Source: Gemmatimonadaceae bacterium (GTDB lineage: Bacteria; Gemmatimonadota; Gemmatimonadetes; Gemmatimonadales; Gemmatimonadaceae). Taken from it: a stretch of 64,000 nt of DNA. Below are positions 30,005 to 39,538 of this stretch, piece after piece. The stretch covers positions 608,001 through 672,000 of the forward strand of contig JBJMOW010000004.1 of assembly GCA_045803545.1 (NCBI GenBank). Direction: 5' to 3'. The notes under the pieces were generated by a model, which saw nothing but the letters and a program-made list of their open reading frames with translations, searched no databases and had not been told where the DNA came from. The position numbers were made by a program, and so were the translations under genes. Within the stretch, counting starts at the first letter, position 1. Every line of letters begins with the position of its first letter.

Positions 30005-30071
30005 GCCTAACGCCCAAGTTCGGCTGCGAGCAACTCTGTAACACCCGTCGTCTGCTGCAACTCCGTTGGGC
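30005..30071 (-). repeat. attC site (short, degenerate)
   Basis: GCCTAACGCCCAAGTTCGGCTGCGAG...CTGCTGCAACTCCGTTGGGC. Confidence 0.7.
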
Positions 30072-30079
30072 CGCAGTGC

Positions 30080-30646
30080 TCATGGAGCATGACATCCACG
30101 AACCGCAACAGCAGCGCCAATTCCTGACAAGAACGGCGCACCCGCGATAAATATCGAGCGCGACGGCGGATACTTCCCCGTTCGTTGTGCCACAATCGCT
30201 ATTCCGGGTGCCGCTCCGAATGCAGATCCAACGGCTGCGCGAAAGATCGCAACTTTGCGCGCGCACCCTCGCTTCTCCGCGACTCGAGCAGCTCCGAAAG
30301 TTGCGCCCAAAACTGCACCTCCAAACCATCCTGTCCCGAACCCTTCATTTGCGTAGAAAGTACAGGGACCGAATAGAAAGCTTCGCTCCTTGCCGTGGTG
30401 GCGTTCGCAGTATGCCTGATCAACAGCCAAGCCAGCTGCTCCACCAACAACGGAGCCCAACGCTGACCAACCGGCACTTTTTGCAACCAACACGAAGCCG
30501 GAGCGCAGTTTATGGTCAATTTGATCGGACTTTGGAGATTGAATCCCGCCCTCAATCTGCTGCACTTGTTGACTGCCGGCTGCTCGTTCTGATACGAGGA
30601 GAGCGCTTATGGCGAGCGTGATGATCTGTATTTGTCCTAACGTCAT
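30080..30646 (-). CDS. Hypothetical secreted Gly-rich protein (cassette)
   Basis: Signal-like N-terminus and Gly-rich hydrophobic helices. Confidence 0.55.
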   Translation of the reverse strand: MTLGQIQIITLAISALLVSERAAGSQQVQQIEGGIQSPKSDQIDHKLRSGFVLVAKSAGWSALGSVVGGAAGLAVDQAYCERHHGKERSFLFGPCTFYANEGFGTGWFGGAVLGATFGAARVAEKRGCARKVAIFRAAVGSAFGAAPGIAIVAQRTGKYPPSRSIFIAGAPFLSGIGAAVAVRGCHAP

Positions 30647-30730
30647 CGATTTTCTCCCGCAATCGTCACAGGAGATGTTGGCGCGACGAGACTGTGAATG
30701 GGATACGCCAAATGACGTAGACGCCTGGTC

Positions 30731-30746
30731 CAACTACTCTTAGAGC
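30731..30746 (-). repeat. attC remnant (R'' half)
   Basis: CAACTACTCTTAGAG; TTAGAG matches the CTCTAAC end of the same cassette. Confidence 0.4.
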
Positions 30747-30763
30747 GCGAGAGTCGGAGATGC

Positions 30764-31264
30764 CTAATAACTCGGAGCACCGCGTGCGTTCTGCACGCAT
30801 CGAACAATTTTCTGGGTCTCTAAGGCGAGATAAGCGCCGAAACCCATATCGTCGGCTGATCCCGTGGAATATCCACGGCAGTTGTCTGGGGTCCTCACCT
30901 TTGCACCCGCCATACTTCGGTCAATCCGATAATTCCCCGCTGCATCTCGGGTCAGGTTCATAACAGCGAAGAACGCTGAATCTGCCGCCGTTGCGTTGTT
31001 TGGAGTGAGAGCGAAGACGCCACCGGCGATGGAGCCCACGTCAATAATTGAACGCAGCGCCGGCGATGGCTCGGAGCCATTCATTGTGACGACGATTAAC
31101 AAACGTCGATCTTGTGCGCACTCAGGCCCCCCGCCTCGGAGCCCGCTCGAGCATCTTGAGATAGACCTTGGTGGGCTCGGCGCAGTTGACTGTGCGACGA
31201 GATCGGAAGACACGGCGTGCGATGAGAGAAGTATCAAGCCTGCAGCAAGAAATGCTTTTCTCAT
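30764..31264 (-). CDS. Hypothetical secreted protein (cassette)
   Basis: Signal peptide; AGGAGG SD. Confidence 0.65.
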   Translation of the reverse strand: MRKAFLAAGLILLSSHAVSSDLVAQSTAPSPPRSISRCSSGLRGGGPECAQDRRLLIVVTMNGSEPSPALRSIIDVGSIAGGVFALTPNNATAADSAFFAVMNLTRDAAGNYRIDRSMAGAKVRTPDNCRGYSTGSADDMGFGAYLALETQKIVRCVQNARGAPSY

Positions 31265-31283
31265 TTTCCCTCCTGTACTCGCT

Positions 31284-31372
31284 CTCTAACGCCCAAGTTC
31301 TGCAAGCACGTTACAACCATTGCAACGAAGTCGCATCCGAAACGTGCCTGACTGCTGCAACGTTCGTTCGGG
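31284..31372 (-). repeat. attC site (degenerate)
   Basis: CTCTAACGCCCAAGTTC...CTGCAACGTTCGTTCGGG. Confidence 0.65.
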
Positions 31373-31397
31373 CACGCGCGCGCAAGACGCGTGGCGG

Positions 31398-31871
31398 TCA
31401 ATAGCCATAGCAGCGGTAAGCACGCATCCGTAGAGAAAGAGTGTCGATTCGTCCCGGCGCGGGTCGAATTGTATCGATGCCAGCCACCTCGCCGACTCTT
31501 CTAACCCGAAGTCTGTAGGTTGCTGGTTTCACGCTATCAAAGCTGAACCCACCCTTCGAATTTGTGTAGCGCGAGACCGGCGCGACGCCTGGCGCAGGAT
31601 CAATAACTGTAAGGTCAACCACGGCTCCTTCGATCGCGTCACCCGTCTCGTCCTGTAGGACTGCGCCGGTGACTACTCCTAAATCTGCGCGGCGATGCAT
31701 TTCCGGAATTTCAACAACTCGTCCGAGTGGCCTCATTGGCGTGGCATCGCATACGGGAGCCGCATGCATGGGGTCCAGTGCAGGGCCAGGCTTCCGCACA
31801 CACGAGAGCATCGAGAAGAGTGCCGCGCCGGCAATTAGACTGTACTGACAACGGATGAAAAACACATTCAT
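31398..31871 (-). CDS. Lipoprotein with carboxypeptidase regulatory-like domain (cassette)
   Basis: GxVxxxxTGxAIEGA, TxxxGxF and PxxYxL motifs. Confidence 0.7.
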   Translation of the reverse strand: MNVFFIRCQYSLIAGAALFSMLSCVRKPGPALDPMHAAPVCDATPMRPLGRVVEIPEMHRRADLGVVTGAVLQDETGDAIEGAVVDLTVIDPAPGVAPVSRYTNSKGGFSFDSVKPATYRLRVRRVGEVAGIDTIRPAPGRIDTLSLRMRAYRCYGY

Positions 31872-31881
31872 TGATTAAGCG

Positions 31882-32010
31882 ACCTAACGGCCAAGTTCAG
31901 CTGCGGGCGCGCGACTCAACATGCGCGATGGAATTCGTGCGACGCAAGATCTCGAGAGGCGAGAAGCGTCAAGACTTGGTCGCGCTCGTCTGCTGCAACT
32001 ACCGTTAGCT
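31882..32010 (-). repeat. attC site
   Basis: ACCTAAC...GTTAGCT, 129 bp. Confidence 0.85.
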
Positions 32011-32487
32011 AGCGTGTGCCCGGACCCTCGCTTGGCGAAAAGTCCAAAACGTCGAACGAGAACTCGTCGTCAATAACGTTCGTTCTCCAGTCCAACTGCG
32101 CCGACGCCGGGAAGTGGTACTTAGGATCATACTTTACATCCACTCTGTCGGATTTGCGATCGTATGCAGCGGAGATCCACGCGAAAAGTGAGTCAATCGT
32201 TGGGCGTCGAAACTCCTCACTCTTTCGACCGTTTGGCAGCTCTGATCGAAGTATTTCCGCGTTTGAGACTGTCGAATGAACGACGGTAAGGCGCACCCAC
32301 TGGAACGCTCTCCGGCGCAAAAGCAGCGGTCGCGGTAGGTGAAGGAGTAGTTCTTGATGTGTAACGCCTTCCACGCAGCAAGTTGCGAGTCGACCTCGCG
32401 CGGCATACTCGGCGTGGGGATGGAGGTCGCTGGTTGACGAGCGCAGGCGGAGATTATGATGAAGCAAGCTGTTAATCGCGCTAACAT
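32009..32487 (-). pseudogene. Frameshifted lipoprotein (DUF6174-like)
   Basis: W..xIxNYSF..xCFC in one frame; TIDSLF..YDPxYHFP..DDE in another; shift near 32310. Confidence 0.65.
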
Positions 32488-32501
32488 GACTATGGACGGC
32501 T

Positions 32502-32572
32502 AGCTAACGCCTTAGTTCAGCTGGAAGCACACTACCACCATTGCGGCGAAGTCGCATCCGATACCGTTAACC
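32502..32572 (-). repeat. attC site with internal deletion
   Basis: Left arm intact, then GCATCCGA joined directly to TACCGTTAAC. Confidence 0.6.
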
Positions 32573-32587
32573 AGAATGGCGAGACGG

Positions 32588-33223
32588 TCAATCGCCGGTG
32601 ACGACTTTCACGAATTCCTTTCCATTCCAGTAGTACAACACACCTGCCTCGTTGCCGTAGAGGACGTTGATCGCTGCGTATGGTAGCGTTTCCGGCGGCC
32701 TCGGCTCGAGTGTTTTCTTAAACTCCGGTGGTATGTCGAGGGGTCCGGGTGGTTCTGTGTTTATGTAGACGTACACGCCACTTTGAAACGCCTCAAGCTT
32801 TCGATCCTCAATGGGAACAACTCGGTAAGCGGAGTCCGGCGCAGAAAGCAAAACTAAGAGTAGCTCCCGATTCTTGTCATGTCCGTAAAGAGCGACATCG
32901 GGAATGTTATCACCATTGAAGTCACCATCAGCACGATAAGTCGTGTCGACGCGTGGAGCGTACTCAGTTGAAGGAAATCTCTGGAAACCCGGTGCGTACG
33001 CTTCGAGGGCACGAGCCATGGCAGGTACGAGGTCTGGCTCGATGCGAGTGGTGGAAGATTTTGTCGTACTCGCAGTAATGCCTCTCTTGGTATGGACTAC
33101 TTGAGCGCTATCAGGTTCCTTCTCGTTGCGTGAACATGCCAGCACCACGACGAGCGTTACCACGCCTCCGCGGAGGATCCCGGAGCAGAAGGGACTCGTG
33201 CATGTTCGCAAATCGATGGTCAT
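32588..33223 (-). CDS. Hypothetical lipoprotein with an FG-GAP-like motif (cassette)
   Basis: LAC lipobox; GDFNGDNIPD; YYWNG. Confidence 0.65.
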   Translation of the reverse strand: MTIDLRTCTSPFCSGILRGGVVTLVVVLACSRNEKEPDSAQVVHTKRGITASTTKSSTTRIEPDLVPAMARALEAYAPGFQRFPSTEYAPRVDTTYRADGDFNGDNIPDVALYGHDKNRELLLVLLSAPDSAYRVVPIEDRKLEAFQSGVYVYINTEPPGPLDIPPEFKKTLEPRPPETLPYAAINVLYGNEAGVLYYWNGKEFVKVVTGD

Positions 33224-33227
33224 GATT

Positions 33228-33271
33228 GCCTAACGCGCATGTCGCGCCCGCCTGCTGCACGTTCGTTAGGC
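33228..33271 (-). repeat. attC site, internally deleted (44 bp)
   Basis: GCCTAACG...CCTGCTGCACGTTCGTTAGGC. Confidence 0.6.
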
Positions 33272-33367
33272 CGAATCACAGTTCGCCGCTTCGGAAAATA
33301 TTGCGAATGGACATGATCCCACGCCGGAGGTCGATCCGAACACCCGTCAAATGGTAGCGCCAGAAAG

Positions 33368-33769
33368 TCAGTTCCTTCTCTCGCGCAGGCCGCGCAGTTT
33401 TTGCCCGGTTAGTGATCCAATTACTACTATCGCTGCCATAATCGCATAGGCCATAAATTCGAACGGCCAAAGATTGTGGCTTGTGCCGTCTTTGATCATT
33501 TCGATTACGGCAAGAATCGGAAGAAGGATGACTGACAGGCAGCCGGCAAGTCCCTCTCGTTGAAAACCGAAAAAGCCAAGCAACACACCGAGAAAGAATA
33601 AGAGAACCCCATTCGGCCAGCCGAGTGTGTAGCTGGCATCGGTGTAAGTCTGAAAAAGCACAGTGGCGTAGTGTCGCGGAAGTGGCGACACGAGTACCGG
33701 CAGAACGAACGCCAGGTAGCCGAGTGGCGGCACTATCACCCACTTAAGAGACCGGACGTTGACTCTCAT
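33368..33769 (-). CDS. Membrane protein (cassette)
   Basis: 4 TM segments; DxTSHNLWPFE motif. Confidence 0.7.
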   Translation of the reverse strand: MRVNVRSLKWVIVPPLGYLAFVLPVLVSPLPRHYATVLFQTYTDASYTLGWPNGVLLFFLGVLLGFFGFQREGLAGCLSVILLPILAVIEMIKDGTSHNLWPFEFMAYAIMAAIVVIGSLTGQKLRGLRERRN

Positions 33770-33834
33770 AGGATCAGCCTTTACTTGCCGGATAGAGTTG
33801 ACCTACCGATCAGCGTTTGTCAGCTGGCGGGTCG

Positions 33835-33853
33835 GTCTAACGCCCAGGATCAG
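33835..33853 (-). repeat. attC remnant (R' half)
   Basis: GTCTAACGCCCAGGATCAG. Confidence 0.5.
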
Positions 33854-33854
33854 A

Positions 33855-34499
33855 TCAGCGAAAACGAGCATCGTTATCGATCCTGCGGAATAGGTCCCAC
33901 ATTGCCTTTTCGTAAACGCCGCGTGCGGGTGAGCCAGGTCCGCAGAAACCGGTTGAGTCGCGACGAACCTCTGAACCGGAGCGTTCAGTGAGGGTCCAAC
34001 CCGGATAATCTGAGCAAACCAGATTGGGATCTTGAGGTGGCAGCACAGGAGGTGCCGATGCGCGAAGCGAGTCTAGAGTTCTAAGCACTCGCGCCCAATT
34101 TGGTTCAGAACGAAAGGGGACGCGACAGATTGCTTAGTCCTTCGTTCTCACAAATGATCGACAATGATATTCTGCCCGTTGTCTTGCCTCGATTTCTTCC
34201 ACCACGCTCAGCCCAGCAGAATCGTCGGCTTCCACCAAGTAGTGGGAGATGTAGGACTCACCACGAACTCCGGCCGAGTCTACTATGATGCGAACGGTCG
34301 GGCCTGGGCCAGCCAGACCGAAATCCTGATGAATGCGGATCTCACGACCAACATTGCTTGCGATCGAAGACCCGATGTCTGGCAGCGGCCACTCGAATTC
34401 TGCCGATCTCATTGGACGTCGTGGCGCGCACGTGAGAAGTGCAGATGAACAGAGCACGGCGATCATCCGCACGATTCTAAAGTCTTTCACTCGAGACAC
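33855..34499 (-). pseudogene. Interrupted hypothetical lipoprotein cassette gene
   Basis: Two consecutive minus-strand ORFs (34134-34499, 33855-34088) in one cassette slot. Confidence 0.4.
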
Positions 34500-34514
34500 G
34501 ACCAGTGTTTTACT

Positions 34515-34606
34515 ACCTAACGCCCTAGGTCAGCTGCACGCACGGTATCAGCATTGCGGCGTAGCGGCATCCGAAAAGTGCCTGTCAGCTGCAACGTTCG
34601 TTAGGT
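34515..34606 (-). repeat. attC site
   Basis: ACCTAAC...GTTAGGT, 92-bp class. Confidence 0.85.
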
Positions 34607-34963
34607 AGCGTCGTCGTCGACGTTGTTGACCGGTGGCGAGCGGTATCCGCCAAGAACCGCGCCCGCGCCGATCAAGAGCGTGCTCATAATTGGACCAATT
34701 GGACTGGACAATGTGTTCACGACAACGACGCACGCCATCAAGAACCCGATGACCGTTCCGAGTACCGTCGGCCAGTACTGGGATTGGGCGATCCAACGCC
34801 GCCAGAGGGCAATCCGTGCGACGAGCATCGACGCGAGGATCCCACCGAGAATCCCGCCCGCCCAGAGTCCTGTTTTGCCGAACGCATGTCCGACCATCGA
34901 TCCGAGTGCGCCGCCAGCACCACCGAGCACGCAAGCCAGAAAGAAGAGAGCAGCGCGGTTCAT
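34601..34963 (-). CDS. Small membrane protein (cassette)
   Basis: 4 TM segments; AGGAGG SD; stop TAA in R''. Confidence 0.7.
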   Translation of the reverse strand: MNRAALFFLACVLGGAGGALGSMVGHAFGKTGLWAGGILGGILASMLVARIALWRRWIAQSQYWPTVLGTVIGFLMACVVVVNTLSSPIGPIMSTLLIGAGAVLGGYRSPPVNNVDDDAT

Positions 34964-35084
34964 GGAATCCTCCTCACGGCACCAGCCGCTAACGGATTAT
35001 CAAACGCTTGTCGCGCGGAGTGCATTTCGGAGGAATCACTTGTCAGTTTCGGGAGCGTGTCTGTCTCCGCGCTGAAAGATCTTG

Positions 35085-35140
35085 CCAGGCGACAAACCCA
35101 ACCACTATCGAGGGCTCGTCTGCAGCAACTACCGTTAGAT
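35085..35140 (-). repeat. attC partial (R'' half)
   Basis: AACCCAAC..GCTCGTCTGCAGCAACTACCGTTAGAT; left arm degenerate. Confidence 0.6.
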
Positions 35141-35554
35141 AGTGCGTGCGTCGGGTGCGAGTGATTCATTGCCTGTGATTTTCGGATCGCCGGTCCACCA
35201 AGTTCTGTTCTTTCGTCTTTGTAGTTCCTCCGGCCAAGGCTCCGTACTCAACAGGCGCATTGTGTCGCCAAGATCTGGCCGATAACTCGGCGCTCGGAGT
35301 AACCATACCCCGATCGCAATAGCGGCGGCGAAGACGCCAACCAAAACGATGACTCCGCTAGTCGGTGTCTTCTCATCAAACGCAGCTGGCCAAATCGTGG
35401 CGACTATCTCGACGAGTATCGCCAAGGTTCCGAGCGACACGAACCAGAGGCCGGCGACTCTGCGCAAAAGATTAGTAAAGCGTGCGTGGCCCAACTTCCT
35501 CAAGAGAAAGAAGAACGAACCGACGAACAAAATCCCTACGACTACGCTGCGCAT
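35135..35554 (-). CDS. Membrane protein (cassette)
   Basis: 3 TM segments; C-terminal RTWWTGDP; stop in R''. Confidence 0.65.
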   Translation of the reverse strand: MRSVVVGILFVGSFFFLLRKLGHARFTNLLRRVAGLWFVSLGTLAILVEIVATIWPAAFDEKTPTSGVIVLVGVFAAAIAIGVWLLRAPSYRPDLGDTMRLLSTEPWPEELQRRKNRTWWTGDPKITGNESLAPDARTI

Positions 35555-35560
35555 TGTGTC

Positions 35561-35591
35561 TCGTGCTTGCCTGCTGCAACGTTCGTTAGAC
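35561..35591 (-). repeat. attC partial (R'' half only)
   Basis: GTGCTTGCCTGCTGCAACGTTCGTTAGAC abutting the next gene start. Confidence 0.6.
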
Positions 35592-35647
35592 GGTCAGGGA
35601 GGCGGCGGCCGCTCCTTTGGAGAGCGTCGGCGTGTGTCACCATCTTC

Positions 35648-36640
35648 CTAGTACACGTCAAGGTCCCGACCGATGACAAACTGCCCGGTGTATCGCGAGC
35701 TGATTTCGTCCCGGAGCACTTCTTCCGCGGAGCCCAATGCGGCACCACCAGCTGCAGCGGACAGAAACTTCGGAGGTGCAATCCCGGGACGGAATCCTAG
35801 GGTGTGATAGATCACCAGTAATTTCGGCTTTGCCCGCATCGCGAGGGCAGCCAGCTGTTCGGTCGTCGTATGGTACTTGGTGACAAAGGAGTGGAGACGT
35901 TCGGGCATCTTCGCATACAACTCCATCGGCTGCGCCTCGTGGACCAGAACGTCACATCCGTGACAAGCCTTGATTGTCTCGTCGGTTGGACCGGTATCGC
36001 CCGAGATCACGATACTGCGGTCCGTGGTATCGAACCGAAATCCGTAACTCTCCATCGCGTGTTGGGTGACGAACGCGGTTACGGTTACCAGTGAGTCCTT
36101 GTAGACGATCCCCGGCTTGATTTCATGCGCGTTCACTTTCCAGCCATCAGCGATAGCGCGTTGGTTTCCCTGCGGGTTGGTGCGCGTCTCGATGTCGATG
36201 CGATAAGCCTGCAGAATGTGATCTGTCATCGACTTCAATCCGGTCGGGCCATAGACCTCGAGCGGAGTGCTGCGCCCCGACGTCCATCCAGTGAAGATCA
36301 GATCCGGGTAACCAGCCGTGTGATCGGAGTGCAGGTGCGTAACGAAAGCAACTTTGAGGTTGGCGGGCTCGAGTGCCGTGACACCTCGTTGGAGAACAGC
36401 GGCTTCCGCACGACGTACGACTCCGGGTCCAAAATCGACCAGATAGGCATTGTCCCCAACAATGATTGCGGTCGCAGGACCGGACCGGTCCGGATCGGGA
36501 ACAGGTGTGCCCGTTCCGAGCAGCACCACGCGCGTCCGCGGTAGATTGTCCACAGGCCGCTCTACGAGAAGTTGTCTATGAGGAGCGACGACCGTTGTTA
36601 GGAGTGCAGCAAAATGGCAGACGACCTGAGGGATAATCAT
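35648..36640 (-). CDS. MBL-fold metallo-hydrolase (RNase Z/AtsA-like), secreted (cassette)
   Basis: LGTG, THLHSDH, SGDT, HEA and YHTT motifs. Confidence 0.85.
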   Translation of the reverse strand: MIIPQVVCHFAALLTTVVAPHRQLLVERPVDNLPRTRVVLLGTGTPVPDPDRSGPATAIIVGDNAYLVDFGPGVVRRAEAAVLQRGVTALEPANLKVAFVTHLHSDHTAGYPDLIFTGWTSGRSTPLEVYGPTGLKSMTDHILQAYRIDIETRTNPQGNQRAIADGWKVNAHEIKPGIVYKDSLVTVTAFVTQHAMESYGFRFDTTDRSIVISGDTGPTDETIKACHGCDVLVHEAQPMELYAKMPERLHSFVTKYHTTTEQLAALAMRAKPKLLVIYHTLGFRPGIAPPKFLSAAAGGAALGSAEEVLRDEISSRYTGQFVIGRDLDVY

Positions 36641-36689
36641 CGGTAACCTCTGTGAATCAGCATTACGAAGCGAGCGCCTGGTGGGATCC

Positions 36690-36783
36690 GTCTAAGGCCC
36701 AAGTTCAGCTGCGGGCGAATCAAATAAAAAGCGAGCGAACCGAGCATCCAAAAATCGCCCGACTGGTGCAGCGTTCGTTAGAC
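36690..36783 (-). repeat. attC site with mutated crossover base
   Basis: GTCTAAG instead of GTCTAAC ... GTTAGAC. Confidence 0.7.
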
Positions 36784-36996
36784 CGGCGGCGCGAACGCCT
36801 TGAGGTACCCGCACTTGGGACAGCGATAGCTGACCACCGGAAAGAGCTCCTTCCCACGCGTCTTGATTCCGGTCAACCGCCTCTCTTCCACCGGACCGCG
36901 AAGCCACGTCTGCGTACGACGGCTTTCCAAGTCGAGCGTAACTCCCTCTTCCATCGAAGCGTTGCATTCTGGACACGTCTGGGGCTTGGGCGTCAT
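36778..36996 (-). CDS. Small zinc-ribbon protein (cassette)
   Basis: CPEC..MEEG and YRCPKCGYL motifs. Confidence 0.75.
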   Translation of the reverse strand: MTPKPQTCPECNASMEEGVTLDLESRRTQTWLRGPVEERRLTGIKTRGKELFPVVSYRCPKCGYLKAFAPPV

Positions 36997-37030
36997 TGCG
37001 AATCCTTGAACGCGAGGCAGGTCGTGCTCG

Positions 37031-37121
37031 GTCTAACCCCTAGTTCAGTTGCAAGCACACTACCAGCATTGCCGCGTAGCCGCATCCGAAACGTGCTTGT
37101 CTGCTGCAATGTTCGTTAGGT
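37031..37121 (-). repeat. attC site
   Basis: GTCTAAC...GTTAGGT, 91 bp. Confidence 0.85.
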
Positions 37122-37760
37122 AGCCGGCGATGCGGCAGTCTTTGATTTTTTCCTTGCATTAATCTTAGCCTTGAGCTTGGCTTGAAATCCTCTTCGCTGT
37201 TTGGTTACCTCGTAGAGCACAATTCCTGACGACGTACCAAGATTCAAGCTTTCGATAATTCCAAACATCGGAATGTTCACACACAACTCGCTTCGCTGCA
37301 GTGCGAGGTCACTAATCCCTATGCCTTCGTTTCCAAACCAAACCGCGAGTTTCTTGAACCTGGTGTAATCTGCTTCGTGCAGCACCACGTTTTTGCACCC
37401 CTTAGTGTGTGGAGACGTGACAACCGAAACGAACCTATTTCGTTCGAGATGTTCGAGACAGCTTGCGGTGTCATGGAATTTCTTGACGAAGCTCCACTTG
37501 ATTGCAGAAGCCGAGATGGCACTCAACGTTTTTCTAGTGCGCATTTCCTGCCAGTCGTCCGGCAAGAAAGTCTGGTCAGTGACGATGTAGGTCTTCTCGA
37601 CGCCGAGTGCGTTCACATTTCTAATAATCGTTCCAATATTTCTTAGATCGCTCGGGTTCTCGATCACCGCGATCAGGTTTTTGCAGCGGAACTCCTTGAT
37701 CTTATCGGCTTTCGCGCGGAGCGATGGTTTCGATTTCTTGATCTCTTCCATAAGTGCCAT
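37116..37760 (-). CDS. SpoU/TrmH family RNA methyltransferase (cassette)
   Basis: NIGTIIR, FGNExxGIS and IPMxGxxESLN motifs. Confidence 0.9.
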   Translation of the reverse strand: MALMEEIKKSKPSLRAKADKIKEFRCKNLIAVIENPSDLRNIGTIIRNVNALGVEKTYIVTDQTFLPDDWQEMRTRKTLSAISASAIKWSFVKKFHDTASCLEHLERNRFVSVVTSPHTKGCKNVVLHEADYTRFKKLAVWFGNEGIGISDLALQRSELCVNIPMFGIIESLNLGTSSGIVLYEVTKQRRGFQAKLKAKINARKKSKTAASPAT

Positions 37761-37769
37761 CTGAGGCGT

Positions 37770-37900
37770 ACCTAACGCCCAAGTTCTGCCGCGAGCGCCC
37801 AACCGAGTGAGCGCGACAAGCTAAACGTCGTTAAGACTCGAAGGGAGATCAACCTTAATTCCTCGAAGCGAGCGCTCGTCTGCTGCAACTATCGTTAGAT
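37770..37900 (-). repeat. attC site
   Basis: ACCTAAC...GTTAGAT, 131 bp. Confidence 0.85.
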
Positions 37901-37918
37901 GGCAGCGATGGAACCTTG

Positions 37919-38233
37919 CTAGCTTGCTCTGGGAAGTGGAGAGAGCTTAGCAATCCGCTCAGCGTCTTTGGAGCTGAGCGCGTGCCAAAGATCCCAGTCC
38001 AACTGCAGGCCGAGCCAGAAATCCGCGCTCATTCCTGTTACCTGGGCGAAACGGAGTGCCGTATCTGGTGTGACGCCTCGTTTCTGACGAATGATCTCAT
38101 TGAGCCGAGGGAGGGAGACGCCGAGGCGGATGGCGAAGGCAGACTGTGAGACTCCGAGTGGCTTCAGGAACTCCTCCAGAAGCATCTCACCCGGGTGTAC
38201 CGGTGGAATCGCTGTTGGCAAGCGACGGCGCAC
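37919..38233 (-). CDS. higA: HigA family antitoxin
   Basis: PVHPGEMLLEEFLKP, KRGVTPDTALR and FWLGLQ motifs. Confidence 0.9.
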   Translation of the reverse strand: MRRRLPTAIPPVHPGEMLLEEFLKPLGVSQSAFAIRLGVSLPRLNEIIRQKRGVTPDTALRFAQVTGMSADFWLGLQLDWDLWHALSSKDAERIAKLSPLPRAS

Positions 38234-38258
38234 CAGCCGCGGGATGCTCGATGAGCGC

Positions 38259-38371
38259 TTAGTGGTAGTCCGTGACTTCGACTTCGTCGGCATAAGTCCC
38301 CTCCCAGCGGAAACAGACCCGGTACTGATTATTGATGTGGATACTGTGTTGACCGCGTCGATTTCCTTCGA
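38259..38371 (-). pseudogene. higB: 5'-truncated HigB (RelE-family) toxin
   Basis: EGNRRGQHSIHINNQYRVCFRWEGTYADEVEVTDYH* fused to an attC half. Confidence 0.8.
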
Positions 38372-38414
38372 AGCGCATCCGAAAAGTGCTTGTCTGCTGC
38401 AACGTTGGTTAGAC
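38368..38414 (-). repeat. attC partial (R'' half)
   Basis: GCATCCGAAAAGTGCTTGTCTGCTGCAACGTTGGTTAGAC. Confidence 0.7.
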
Positions 38415-38888
38415 CGCCGACGTCCCGATTTCCAACTCATAAAACAGTGTGTCGCCAAATTCCACTGCGCGATATGGTGCGATCGCTCGGAAGCCCAGGC
38501 TCGCGTAGAGGTGCTGCGCCGCGTACATCGTCGTGAGGGTGCCCAGCCTTAGGCGCTCGTACCCCATCGATCGAGCCTCGAGAATCGCGTGTTGCGCGAG
38601 GGCGCGGGCGATCCCGCGGCCACGGCTAGCCGGCCGGACGTACATGCGTTTTAGTTCGGCGATTCTGGGAGTCAGCTTGTGTAAGGCAACGCATCCCGCA
38701 GCTTCGGCTCCGTCCCACGCGAGCCATAACCCGCCCGCTGGCGCGACATACGGCGTTGGGAGTGCGGCCAGGAGAATGACCGTGGCCGCCGAATCGTGTG
38801 CCTCAGAATGGGCTTCGATATGTGCTTGAATAAGAGCTCGCGCCGCGGCGAGGGCGTGCGCGGTATCGACGCGATTGATCTCAACCAT
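38409..38888 (-). CDS. GNAT family acetyltransferase (cassette)
   Basis: ELKRMYV..RGRGIA and LYxSLGF motifs. Confidence 0.9.
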   Translation of the reverse strand: MVEINRVDTAHALAAARALIQAHIEAHSEAHDSAATVILLAALPTPYVAPAGGLWLAWDGAEAAGCVALHKLTPRIAELKRMYVRPASRGRGIARALAQHAILEARSMGYERLRLGTLTTMYAAQHLYASLGFRAIAPYRAVEFGDTLFYELEIGTSAV

Positions 38889-38906
38889 GAGCGAAGCCCG
38901 GTGGCT

Positions 38907-39034
38907 GTCTAACGCCCAAGTTCAGCTGCAAGCGATTCTACTAAACCAGCGCGATGGATTCGCACGGACGAAATACGCGAAAGGCGCACAACCAACGACT
39001 ATCACGCGCTCGTCTGCTGCAACTATCGTTAGCC
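38907..39034 (-). repeat. attC site
   Basis: GTCTAAC...GTTAGCC. Confidence 0.9.
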
Positions 39035-39046
39035 AGCGGTGATCCG

Positions 39047-39523
39047 TTAATCAGTTCGACCAATAGGTTGGGCAGCACTGCGCAGCAAATACGAATTATT
39101 GCTCAGATCCCTGAGCTGCACCACGCCCACAACAAAATCGCCAACCGGCCACGGGGGTCCCTGTCGTGATACGTACTCGATTTGAGTCGGCGTTGAAATC
39201 TGCGGCTGGTAGCCGGGCACGGACACCCATGCTTCGTCACCTCGTACAAGCCAGGCTTTCTCAGCTCGCAAGCCTACTGGAAAAGTCCCCGCGCTGACGA
39301 TGAGGCGAAATCCAGTTATCAGGCGAGTGTCCACTGCAGTGCCAGGCTGAAAATCACGGTAAGGATAGATGTCCAGTCGAAGAGTGGCACTCTCGACGAC
39401 AAGTTGATTTGGGGAATTCAGCAGGTCGGGGGAAACTCGTTCAATAGGGGCAAAAGGGGCGGAGTTACACGCTGCTAGCACGCCGACCAAGAACGTTATC
39501 AAAAGGTTGCCATTCCTTGCCAC
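39047..39523 (-). CDS. Hypothetical lipoprotein (cassette)
   Basis: GAGGAGG SD plus GTG; LAAC lipobox; RDFQP and GPxW motifs. Confidence 0.7.
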   Translation of the reverse strand: MARNGNLLITFLVGVLAACNSAPFAPIERVSPDLLNSPNQLVVESATLRLDIYPYRDFQPGTAVDTRLITGFRLIVSAGTFPVGLRAEKAWLVRGDEAWVSVPGYQPQISTPTQIEYVSRQGPPWPVGDFVVGVVQLRDLSNNSYLLRSAAQPIGRTD

Positions 39524-39538
39524 AGTTCCTCCTCGTCT

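Noticed and set aside
37919..38458. 179-aa extended HigA from the ORF track
   Set aside because: The extension crosses the higB remnant, an attC half and the GNAT end; the real start is likely GTG at 38233.
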